In this document: piece by piece, positions 1 to 8,099 of the stretch | How the letters are laid out: the number at the start of each line of letters is the position of its first letter | Position numbering within the stretch: position 1 is the stretch's first letter | From: Bryobacterales bacterium | GTDB lineage: Bacteria > Acidobacteriota > Terriglobia > Bryobacterales > UBA6623 | Direction: 5' to 3' | Assembly (NCBI GenBank): GCA_965222095.1 | Contig: CBDCTD010000001.1 | Coordinates: forward strand, 665,452 to 729,451 | DNA length: 64,000 bases | The notes under the pieces: generated by a model | Told to the model about the DNA's origin: nothing | What the model saw: only the letters and a program-made list of their open reading frames with translations | Databases searched by the model: none | Translations under genes and position numbers: made by a program

Positions 1-1
1 C

Positions 2-511
2 CTTGCGTTCCGGGCTGAGATGGTTGCCGGTGCTGTCTACGACCCACTGCGCGAGGAACTGTTTAGCGCCGAGCGAGGCTCGGGAGCCTATCTCAATAGC
101 CGCCGCATTCAAGTTTCCAATCGCGAATCTCTGAAGGAAAGCTTGATCGCGACCGGGTTTGCGAGCCCCAAAAGACACGCTGACATCAACGTCTACTTTT
201 TCCACCAGGTGTGCATGTTCACCCATGGGGTGAGGCGAGCAGGCTCAGCCGCGCTGGACCTGTGCTCGGTAGCGAGTGGCCGCTTGGACGGGTTTTGGGA
301 GTTCAACCTCAACGCCTGGGATGTCGCTGCGGGACTGCTGATGATTCGGGAAGCCGGAGGAACCTATGAGGACATGAAGGGAGCGCCCTATGAACTGGCA
401 GGCCCGCACCTAGCCGCCTCCAACGGGAAAATCCAGCGGGAGCTCCTGAAACTTTTCGAGGATGTCTTTGCGGGGCGATATCGCGTGCCGATCCCTCCCC
501 TTACGATCTGA
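2..511 (+). CDS. suhB: Inositol monophosphatase family protein (SuhB-like), 5' end off the window
   Basis: Motifs [41 protein letters not shown] and WDVAAG; frame open to the left edge. Confidence 0.9.
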   Translation, partial: LAFRAEMVAGAVYDPLREELFSAERGSGAYLNSRRIQVSNRESLKESLIATGFASPKRHADINVYFFHQVCMFTHGVRRAGSAALDLCSVASGRLDGFWEFNLNAWDVAAGLLMIREAGGTYEDMKGAPYELAGPHLAASNGKIQRELLKLFEDVFAGRYRVPIPPLTI

Positions 512-742
512 CCAACTTGAGCGCCACGGCGGGAAAAGGGACTCGCAAGTGGGTGTTCGATGCCGCGCCGCAGCCCGGGCACCCCGCTCGGGATCGCCCT
601 AAGTAACGTTCTAGCAGTCACAAACAGCCCGCAATTCCTTGCGCTCTAACCTAGTCAATGTTAGGCTGAACTGATCTACACCCATTAGCTCAAGTGGCCG
701 TAGCTTTCTCCATCTGGGAAAGCGCGGGGATTGTGTGCACCG

Positions 743-2050
743 ATGACCAGAATTGTCGACCTAATTCGCCGCAAGACCGATGGCGAAGAGGTTACCTTCG
801 AAGAGTTTGAGCAGCTTATGAGCAGTTATGCTCGGGGCGAGATCAGGGATTATCAGATGGCCGCCTTCATGATGGCTGGCTCCTGCAACGGTTTCAGCGA
901 CACCGAAGCGGCCGCCCTTACGTCCGCCATGCTGAAGTGCGGCCTTCAAGTGGACCTGAGCGATATCCCACAACCGAAAGTTGATAAGCACTCGACCGGT
1001 GGAGTGGGAGACAAGATCACTCTCATCGCCTCTCCGATCGCCGCCGCCGCCGGCATTGCGGTTCCCGCGATTACCGATCGCGGCATGGGCCATACCGGCG
1101 GCACCCTCGACAAGTTGCAGGCCATACCGGGATTTCGGACGGAGTTGCCGCTGGCCGAATTCCGGCAGACCGTCTCTACCCACGGCTTGGCGTTTACCGG
1201 TCAGACGAACGAGTTGGCGCCGGCCGACAAAAAGCTATTCGCCCTGCGGGACGCCACGGCAACGACCAATTGTTTGGAGCTGATTGCCGCCTCGATTATG
1301 TCCAAAAAGCTGGCCGAGGGCATCGACGGGCTGGTCCTCGACGTCAAGGTCGGTCGAGGCTCGCTGATTCGCGACCGCGCCGAAGCCCGCCGCCTGGCGG
1401 AGTTGATGATCACCATCGGGCGTCGCATGGACGTGCGGATGCAAGCCCTGCTGACGGACATGAATCAGCCGCTGGGATTCACGATTGGTAACGCTCTCGA
1501 GGTCATGGAGGTCTCGCAGACCCTCCAAGGACAAGGCCCTGCCGACTTGGTCGGCCTTTCCGTCGAGATTGCTGCTCGCATGATCTACTTGGGCGAACCG
1601 TCTCGTTCCCTCGAGAGTGCCCGCGATCAGGCGCAGCAGCTCCTCGCCGACGGCTCCGCGTTTGCGAAGCTGCAAGCCGTCATCGAGGCGCAGGGCGGCG
1701 ACCCGAACGTCCTCCAAGAGTTCGAGCTGCTCCCGAACGCCAGCGGCGAGCACATCATTTCGTCACCCCGAGCCGGTTTCGTCAGCCGCATTAATGCCGA
1801 CGACATTGGGCACGCCGCCGCCCTCCTTGGAGCCGGTCGAGACGCTATGGATGACACTATCGATCCGGCTGTGGGCGTTATCCTACAGTCAAAGGTCGGG
1901 GACGAAGTTATGGAAGGCTCTCGCCTCTGCGCTCTTTACTACACCGACGAGACGAATCTGCAGGATGGGGTCCAACTGGTCGAAGATGCCTTCCGGATCT
2001 CGGCCACTCAGCCCGAACCGATTGACCTCGCGCTCGATCTAGTACAGTAG
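743..2050 (+). CDS. pdp: Pyrimidine-nucleoside/thymidine phosphorylase
   Basis: DKHSTGGVGDK, GHTGGTLDKL, ADKKLFALRD, SIMSKK, LVLDVKVG; ATG at 743 preferred over TTG at 731. Confidence 0.9.
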   Translation: MTRIVDLIRRKTDGEEVTFEEFEQLMSSYARGEIRDYQMAAFMMAGSCNGFSDTEAAALTSAMLKCGLQVDLSDIPQPKVDKHSTGGVGDKITLIASPIAAAAGIAVPAITDRGMGHTGGTLDKLQAIPGFRTELPLAEFRQTVSTHGLAFTGQTNELAPADKKLFALRDATATTNCLELIAASIMSKKLAEGIDGLVLDVKVGRGSLIRDRAEARRLAELMITIGRRMDVRMQALLTDMNQPLGFTIGNALEVMEVSQTLQGQGPADLVGLSVEIAARMIYLGEPSRSLESARDQAQQLLADGSAFAKLQAVIEAQGGDPNVLQEFELLPNASGEHIISSPRAGFVSRINADDIGHAAALLGAGRDAMDDTIDPAVGVILQSKVGDEVMEGSRLCALYYTDETNLQDGVQLVEDAFRISATQPEPIDLALDLVQ

Positions 2051-2147
2051 CTGCGTTGGTAGGAGCAGCGCTGTAACGATCCCTCGCCGCGTACCCGTTC
2101 GTGCCCAATTCGGTTCGGGGTCGGCTCGCTTTTCCGGGAACCGTAGC

Positions 2148-2768
2148 ATGCTCCAATTCCACAAGGGCAGCGCGGTGACCCAGGGGCGTCTCGGCGTCTT
2201 TCCCGGCGCGTTCAATCCGCCTACCAACGCCCACCTCGCCCTGGCGCGCGCAGCCCAGAACCAACACCGGTTAAACCAGGTAGCTTTTCTCGTGCCACGG
2301 GTCTTCCCACACAAAGACTTCGTCGGAGCGTCGTTCGAAGACCGCCTGGCGCTGCTCGAGGTTGCGCTCCGTGGCTCGCCGAGCTTCGCCATCGCCTCGT
2401 CAGAAGGCGGGCTCTTCATCGAGATCGCCCGCTCGTTTAGCGAATCCTACCATCCTTCAGTCGAACTGTTTTTGCTCTGCGGACGGGATGCCGCCCTGCG
2501 CATCGCCAATTGGGATTACGGCGACGGGCCTTCGTTCGCAAGCCAGCTCGAGGAGTTCCAGCTCTTGGTCGCTTCCCGCCAAGGAACCTACAGCCCACCC
2601 GAGGAGTATCGGGGCCGTATCCACGCCGTTGAACTGCCAACCTCGCTTGACCAGGTGTCCTCTTCGGCCGTTCGCCAAGCGATCGAGGAAGGGAAGCCGT
2701 GGGAGCCGTTCGTCCCTGAAGCCGTCGCGAGCGAAATCCTAGCTCGAGGGCTTTACCGTACGAGGTGA
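2148..2768 (+). CDS. nadD: Nicotinate-nucleotide adenylyltransferase-like protein
   Basis: GAFNPPTNAH ((H/T)xxH-type motif), LLCGRDA, WDY, VSSSAVR. Confidence 0.75.
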   Translation: MLQFHKGSAVTQGRLGVFPGAFNPPTNAHLALARAAQNQHRLNQVAFLVPRVFPHKDFVGASFEDRLALLEVALRGSPSFAIASSEGGLFIEIARSFSESYHPSVELFLLCGRDAALRIANWDYGDGPSFASQLEEFQLLVASRQGTYSPPEEYRGRIHAVELPTSLDQVSSSAVRQAIEEGKPWEPFVPEAVASEILARGLYRTR

Positions 2769-2859
2769 TTCCTCAGCCGTTGGTGGCACGAGCTCTCAGC
2801 TGCCGGGTCGACGCTCATGTCAACCCATGACAGGATCGCCTCGCTACCGCCGCTCTGTC

Positions 2860-3369
2860 CTAATGCGCGAAAGGGTTTTCGTCCGCGCTGGGGCCGTAGA
2901 TCGACGGCACGGGCACATCGAGTAGACGCAGGTAAACCGACAACTGGCCGCGGTGGTGATACCAGTGGTTGAGCATCAGCGAGCGGATCATGCCGATGCG
3001 GGGAGCCGCCATCACTTCGCTCTCGCCCGCCACCAGCTTCCAGGTAGCCATAGCTGCCTCGTCTCCGAGACCGCTCAAGTATTGCTTGGCGTTCGCCACG
3101 CTTTCCTCGAGCGCGGCCAGCACCTCTTCTCTGGATTCGGCTTCACGTTGCTCAAACGAACCAGACTGTTCCAGGTCCAACTCGTCCGGAGTCACCAAAC
3201 CCACAACTTGCCCCGGGGCCGTCGCCACATGCAACGCCAACTGGCCCAACGAAAAGGATTTCTCGTGAGGCTTCGACGACAGCTTATCTTCCGGAACACG
3301 TTCGAGGACTCGTTTCGTAGTCGCTGTTTCTTGATCGATTTCCGGCAGCAAGGATTTCGCGATGGACAT
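2860..3369 (-). CDS. DinB/YfiT family metal-binding protein
   Basis: LGQLALHVA and HWYHHRGQLSVYLRLL; AAGGAG RBS upstream. Confidence 0.9.
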   Translation of the reverse strand: MSIAKSLLPEIDQETATTKRVLERVPEDKLSSKPHEKSFSLGQLALHVATAPGQVVGLVTPDELDLEQSGSFEQREAESREEVLAALEESVANAKQYLSGLGDEAAMATWKLVAGESEVMAAPRIGMIRSLMLNHWYHHRGQLSVYLRLLDVPVPSIYGPSADENPFAH

Positions 3370-3578
3370 CTGTTTCTCCTTAGTTAATCAAGCGGACTAA
3401 GGTCCTAGGAACGGCCCATTGTAACAGACGACAAGCCAAGATCGAGCGAAGACGGCCGGATGGGACAAGCCTGTTTCCCGCCACGCGACCAGGTCAGCGG
3501 AGCGTAACCAGTCACTTACTGCCGGCGCTTCGCAAAGTCGGGCTAGGCTGCCCGCCTCGCCCCGTCAGGATCGGCCTC

Positions 3579-4192
3579 TTACTGAATCGTGACCGTGACC
3601 GCGTTGGTCTCGAGACCGTCGACCGTCAGGACGATGTCCACCTCGCCGGCTCCGATCAGACTCCGAGGTATGGCCCCGATATTGGCCTGATCCAGGCCCT
3701 CGAAGGTGCTGTGGGCTACAGGGCCAAATACTTGTATGCCCTCGCCACCAATCGTGGCGCTTGCGCCGGACGTCAAACCCCGCATGCCCGTACCGAACAG
3801 CTCTAGAAACACAATGTCTCCTTCCGGACCCAGGTCCAGCGGGACGGCCTGCAGGGTGCTGGGATCGTAGATCAGGCCTCCCGATCGTGAGCCATCGGCG
3901 GCTGCGCGGAGAAAGCGCGCCGCGGCTACTCCGCTCCCGCTGGCCGCGGCCGAGAACAGGGCCGGCGCAACGGTCGAAACCACAATGAAGTTCGTGGAGC
4001 TTTGGCCGTTGGCATCGGTCACAGTCACCGTGGCAAGTCCGGGCACTATCCCAGCTGGAATCAAGAAGTTGATCTGCGGGGGAGAGACGAAAAACAACGA
4101 AGACAGCGCGCTGAGATCGACATGGTCGGGGGACAGCGCAGCCACAACCTGGTTGCCCTCGCTATCGGCCACGGTGACCGTCGTCCCCGCTA
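3579..4192 (-). pseudogene. C-terminal fragment of a TIGR03437-type (Solibacter C-terminal domain) protein, 5' part missing at the mini-IS
   Basis: LAGTTVTV, LFFVSPPQINFLIP, VAPALFSAAASGSGVAAA, LELFGTG, GLDQAN; the first codons of the track ORF are IS sequence. Confidence 0.8.
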
Positions 4193-4315
4193 GTGTAGTG
4201 CCACTAACGGTTCTGGACAATGGCGTGGGTTTTGGCGGCGCGCTCGACTTTGGCGAGGATAACCATCCTACCGTGAAAAGGGTGTTATTGTCCAGTTATT
4301 TATATGGCACTACAC
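4193..4315 (-). mobile_element. 123-bp internally deleted (MITE-like) copy of the IS630 at 53128-54280
   Basis: 4193-4260 matches 53128-53195 and 4261-4315 matches 54226-54280 (2 SNPs); TA at 4191-92 and 4316-17; both TIRs kept. Confidence 0.95.
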
Positions 4316-4409
4316 TAGTCTCATGAGAACCCTCCATTGGATTGATGCGAAGAGGACGGATCTGGTTTCAGCGCGGCAAGGCCGATTGGGGCATGGATTT
4401 GTCCCGGCG

Positions 4410-6707
4410 CTATGTGCGACCCGCGGAAGGCGGCGTTCCGCGGTCCTGGGCAAATCGCCGGAGGACATTCTCGGTAACCCTCGAGACCGTGTTGTCGTAG
4501 CCGTTCCACGACAGGCAGCCGCGCCAGCAGATCGATCCGGCGGCGAAGACCGCGCCGCCCCTCGGGTAGTCCGTGTAGGTAATATCGGCCCGCACGAAGC
4601 GGTGCGGCTCGCCGGCTTGCTGCGGGTCGCTGACGCGTGCACCATCACGTCCGCCGGCGAACCAGAGATCTTCGTCGATCGTGGCATTCGCAAATTGGGT
4701 CTTGAAGCCGATCGACGATGCCAGCAGGAGCGTAGTCTCAGGCGAACCGAGCTCCGGCTCGTAGCGATCGAATTCGTATCCGGCAGCGCCCCAGCGGACC
4801 TGGAGCGAGGGGTGGTCGCCGATGAGTTCTTCGTCACCGATCCCCTCGAAGATGAAAGCGGCGCGCGGGTCGCGGCTATCGGGCATCCGCTTGAAGGGGA
4901 CGCCGTCTTCGAACCCGGCTCCGGCCATCCCCACGCCCACGATCCGGTTCGGGGGTCGACCGCGGTTGCGCCACGTCCCGCCCGGCTCGCCAGTCATGCT
5001 GTGGTACCGCTCGGCCGGATGGACCTCGAACGGCCAGCTCGTTCCCCAGCGGCGCAGCTCCATCTTGTGCGGCCGCGCCGGATCGACGCTCACGACGCCG
5101 AAAAGGCCATTCCCGGATAGGTACATGAAGCGGCCGCCCTCGTCGAGATAAGTCTCGAGCGAGTCGAGCATACCTCCGGTCCAATACTCATGGTGAGAGC
5201 AGGAGATAACGACGTTGTAGTTGCGGAGAAGCTCCGGCCCCTCGGCGTTCAGGTCGTGGTCGGTAATGAAGTCAGCCTCGATCCCCTTCGCCTGGAGCCA
5301 GTCGACCAGATAGAGGTCGGCTGGGAAACGGGGTGGGGTTGCCATGACCCGGTAGCGGAATTTGGGGCGCATGGTGAGGACCGGCTTGAGGTAGGAGCCA
5401 TACATCACCCCGGAACCGTCGAGATGGCGATCATAGAGGCCGTAGAGTGCGTTCTCGTCGATGTAACGGTAAACGTCGCGAAACAGAGTCGGGTCGGCGT
5501 AGGGCGTTGCCGACGCCCAACTCCCGGTCGCGCCCTCCTGCCAGGCGCCCACTCCGATATCGGTGAAATTCGAGTAGCAAACGTACGTCATCGTCGACAT
5601 GAGAACCGCTATTTTCGAGCCGGTGGCGCCGCGCGGCGGCCGCACGATGAACGGCAGGTAATCTTCGTCGGAACCGGCTTGAAGCCAGGCGGCATAGACT
5701 CCGCTCGGCAGCTCGTTGGGGATCTCGAGTTCGAAATCGACCCCCCAGCCGGCGTCCGCGAGGTCGTCGCGGTGAAAGTGGATCGCTCCGTACTCCTTGG
5801 GAGCGAGCCGGAAGCAGGTCTCTTTGCCGCTAAAGTTGTGGCCGGTAACGGCACGGCCCGGCATGTTCACGACGCGCCCATTTCGACTGTTGCCCGACAC
5901 ATCCTTGGCGACGTCGGAGTCCACATCCTGGCTGAAGTCCCAAGCTCCGATGACATCCGCTCCCAGGCCGTCGAGGTCGTCCGGGGCGGCAGCGAGTCGT
6001 GCCAGCTCGGCGACGCTGAGTGAACGACTGAAGAAACGCGGCCGGTCGATGCGACCGTCGAGATGGCGGCTGGTGCGGCCATCGGCGTCCAGGATGCCGG
6101 CGAGGACGAGCGGCGCGTCCGAGGGAGCGCCGATACCCCCATCCAGCGAGATCGACACCGGCGGTGTCTCGTCGCCGGGCCAGGGGCGAACCGGTTGCTG
6201 CCAAACAGTCGCCGTGCCCATCTTTCGATCGACCGCGAGCGCGACGGCGTACCACTCCCAACGCCGCAGTCGACCGGCGGAAACGCGCACGGGTTGCGAG
6301 GACTCTCCTGCTCCCAGGACAAGCTCTAGCGTCGCCTCGTCCGAAACGGCGAGGGCCCAGCCGGCACCGGCGTACGGATTGCCCATGCTCGCGATGGTTT
6401 GCTCACCGGCGTCGGGGTTCGTCGGCTGGACAAAAGCGAAGAAGGTGACTGCCCCCTCCAGCGTCACGCCAGTCAGCGGAACCTGCGCATACGAGCCGCT
6501 GCGGATCTCTTCGTGCTTACCGGGCTTCGATCCGTCGATCGCCGATGGCACGACCTCCTGCTTGAAGCCCGGCCCCTCGGGGTTGGTGTCGCCATGAATG
6601 AGCCGCACCAGCCGTGCGTCATACTCAGGGTGATCGCAGCTGACCATAAAGCGGATGGACTCCCCCGGAGCCACGCTCAATCGATCGGTATACCCAAGCA
6701 ATCGCAT
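4410..6707 (-). CDS. N,N-dimethylformamidase beta (large) subunit family protein
   Basis: GYTDRLSVAPGE start, LamG-like middle region, TYVCYSN, GLYDRHLDGSG, SHHEYWT, YLSGNG, GYEFD, VFAAGSICW. Confidence 0.88.
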   Translation of the reverse strand: MRLLGYTDRLSVAPGESIRFMVSCDHPEYDARLVRLIHGDTNPEGPGFKQEVVPSAIDGSKPGKHEEIRSGSYAQVPLTGVTLEGAVTFFAFVQPTNPDAGEQTIASMGNPYAGAGWALAVSDEATLELVLGAGESSQPVRVSAGRLRRWEWYAVALAVDRKMGTATVWQQPVRPWPGDETPPVSISLDGGIGAPSDAPLVLAGILDADGRTSRHLDGRIDRPRFFSRSLSVAELARLAAAPDDLDGLGADVIGAWDFSQDVDSDVAKDVSGNSRNGRVVNMPGRAVTGHNFSGKETCFRLAPKEYGAIHFHRDDLADAGWGVDFELEIPNELPSGVYAAWLQAGSDEDYLPFIVRPPRGATGSKIAVLMSTMTYVCYSNFTDIGVGAWQEGATGSWASATPYADPTLFRDVYRYIDENALYGLYDRHLDGSGVMYGSYLKPVLTMRPKFRYRVMATPPRFPADLYLVDWLQAKGIEADFITDHDLNAEGPELLRNYNVVISCSHHEYWTGGMLDSLETYLDEGGRFMYLSGNGLFGVVSVDPARPHKMELRRWGTSWPFEVHPAERYHSMTGEPGGTWRNRGRPPNRIVGVGMAGAGFEDGVPFKRMPDSRDPRAAFIFEGIGDEELIGDHPSLQVRWGAAGYEFDRYEPELGSPETTLLLASSIGFKTQFANATIDEDLWFAGGRDGARVSDPQQAGEPHRFVRADITYTDYPRGGAVFAAGSICWRGCLSWNGYDNTVSRVTENVLRRFAQDRGTPPSAGRT

Positions 6708-6802
6708 AGTGAACCTACTTCCATAAGTTCGCGTATTTAAGTAGGCCTTTCCCGAAGCATCACACGGTCACCTGCCTGGCCCTGAAGTGGTTTGTTCACA
6801 GA

Positions 6803-6837
6803 GCCTTCCGAGCCGCGACCGTGAGGGAGCGGTCCAG
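6803..6837. repeat. REP-type repeat GCCTTCCGAGCCGCGACCGTGAGGGAGCGGTCCAG, copy 1
   Basis: 35-bp exact match to 13743-13777; degenerate reverse copy near 34576-34600. Confidence 0.85.
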
Positions 6838-6841
6838 CCCC

Positions 6842-6882
6842 GTAGCGCATGGCTCGGCGGTAGTTTTGCCGAGACTTGCGGC
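6842..6882 (+). repeat. GTAG-tagged palindromic repeat (REP)
   Basis: GTAG-CGCA..CTCGGC-loop-GCCGAG..TGCG-GC; same frame as copies at 7092, 33294, 33423, 34234, 34741. Confidence 0.8.
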
Positions 6883-7054
6883 CGTTGCCTCAAGCGAATT
6901 GGCTTCCTGTACCCGATTTTTCGCGACGTTCACTTTTACCATGGGCTCCTGGCGTCGCGGCCGGTGAATTAGGGAATAGGGACAGGCAACCAAGCGAATC
7001 TCGTCCGCGCCACGAAGATGGTCGGGTTTTTTCCTGTTGGCCCCCCGACCGTAG

Positions 7055-7091
7055 AACCGGAAACCGGAAACCGGAAAACCGGGACAGTCCC
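7055..7091. repeat. Short tandem AACCGGA x3 followed by GGGACAGTCCC palindrome
   Basis: Directly visible. Confidence 0.7.
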
Positions 7092-7165
7092 GTAGCGCGA
7101 ATCTAGGCGGGCACCACACGGGTGACTCTTCTCTCAGCATATCGCTTGTCCGCGAGATCCGCGGC
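7092..7165 (+). repeat. GTAG-tagged REP with an expanded loop
   Basis: GTAGCGCGAATCT ... AGATCCGCGGC; arms match the 34234/34741 copies. Confidence 0.6.
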
Positions 7166-7323
7166 CTTTTTCTCCGCACCGTAAACAACCCCACATCCGC
7201 TGACCGCCGCCCCAATTAGTCACAACATTCCAACCCAACAGAATCAACAACATAGGTCCCCGAAGCGGCAAAACCCTTGGTCTTGTCTTGTATGCTCGAA
7301 ATAGAGAAGGGGGTCCTCGGTTG

Positions 7324-7814
7324 ATGGGAAAGAGTTTTAGCGATAATCCGCTCCAATCCGCTCCAATCCGCTCCAATCCGCTCCAATCCGCTCTAATAAC
7401 CGCTCGCGGCGAGACGGCGTCACGCCATCTCAACACCGTGCTCTCGTGGCCTTAGTGGATGCCCGTTCCATCGTGGCCGCCGCTCGCACGGCTGGCGTCG
7501 GCGAGAGCAGCATTCGCCGTTGGCTGCGTGATGACGAAGGTTTTCAAACCAAATTGCGCCAGCTCCGCGAGGAAGCTCTCTCCCACGCCTCGCTGCGTCT
7601 GCAACACGGTGCGTCCCGGGCCGTCGAAGCGATGCTCAACCTCATCGAATCCAAGGATCGCATCGAGGTCGGCCGCGCCTCGCTCGTCCGCGTCCGTGAG
7701 CAACTATCGAGCAACAGAATTACCAAACAAAGCCAATTCCTTATAACGCCTTTTGTTGCGGTCACTTACAGGGTGTTTCGCGGGCTGGTCGCGTCCTTCG
7801 ACCTCGGCTGGTGA
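7324..7814 (+). pseudogene. HTH protein (terminase-small-subunit-like/phBC6A51-like HTH), frameshifted by a 10-bp tandem repeat
   Basis: VTPSQHRALVALVDARSIVAAARTAGVGESSIRRWLRDDEGF is an HTH pattern; ATG 7324 with purine-rich SD is out of frame by the repeat count. Confidence 0.65.
7345..7394 (+). repeat. 10-bp tandem repeat AATCCGCTCC x5 (last unit AATCCGCTCT)
   Basis: Directly visible. Confidence 0.97.
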
Positions 7815-7856
7815 GAAAAGCGGGCTAGTCACAATACTCGTCACCTAGTGTGCTTT

Positions 7857-8030
7857 AGCCCCCGAAGGGGGCGCAGGATAATAGCCCACGGTGGAGCCGT
7901 TAGGCGAAACCGTGGGTTCGGTATGTGCAAGCGAACAAGCCCCGTAGGGGCGCAGGAAAGTGCTCATCAAGGCCCAGGGTCTGCCCGACGGCCCCAGCGT
8001 GGGCTACTCTCCTAAAGCGGTTCGCGGCCT
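7857..8030. repeat. BIME-like REP cluster of the RAYT-associated type
   Basis: GCCCCC-GAA-GGGGGC, CCCACGGT...ACCGTGGG, GCCCC-GTA-GGGGC, both short hairpins followed by GCAGGA; related to 33541-33638. Confidence 0.75.
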
Positions 8031-8099
8031 CGCTTGTACTATCTGACGAGTATTGGGGCTACTCATTCAGACACATGTCGCGACATCGCGCACGGCAAT

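Noticed and set aside
6708-6800. DMFase small subunit upstream of the beta-like gene
   Set aside because: All three minus-strand frames stop early and none resembles the subunit
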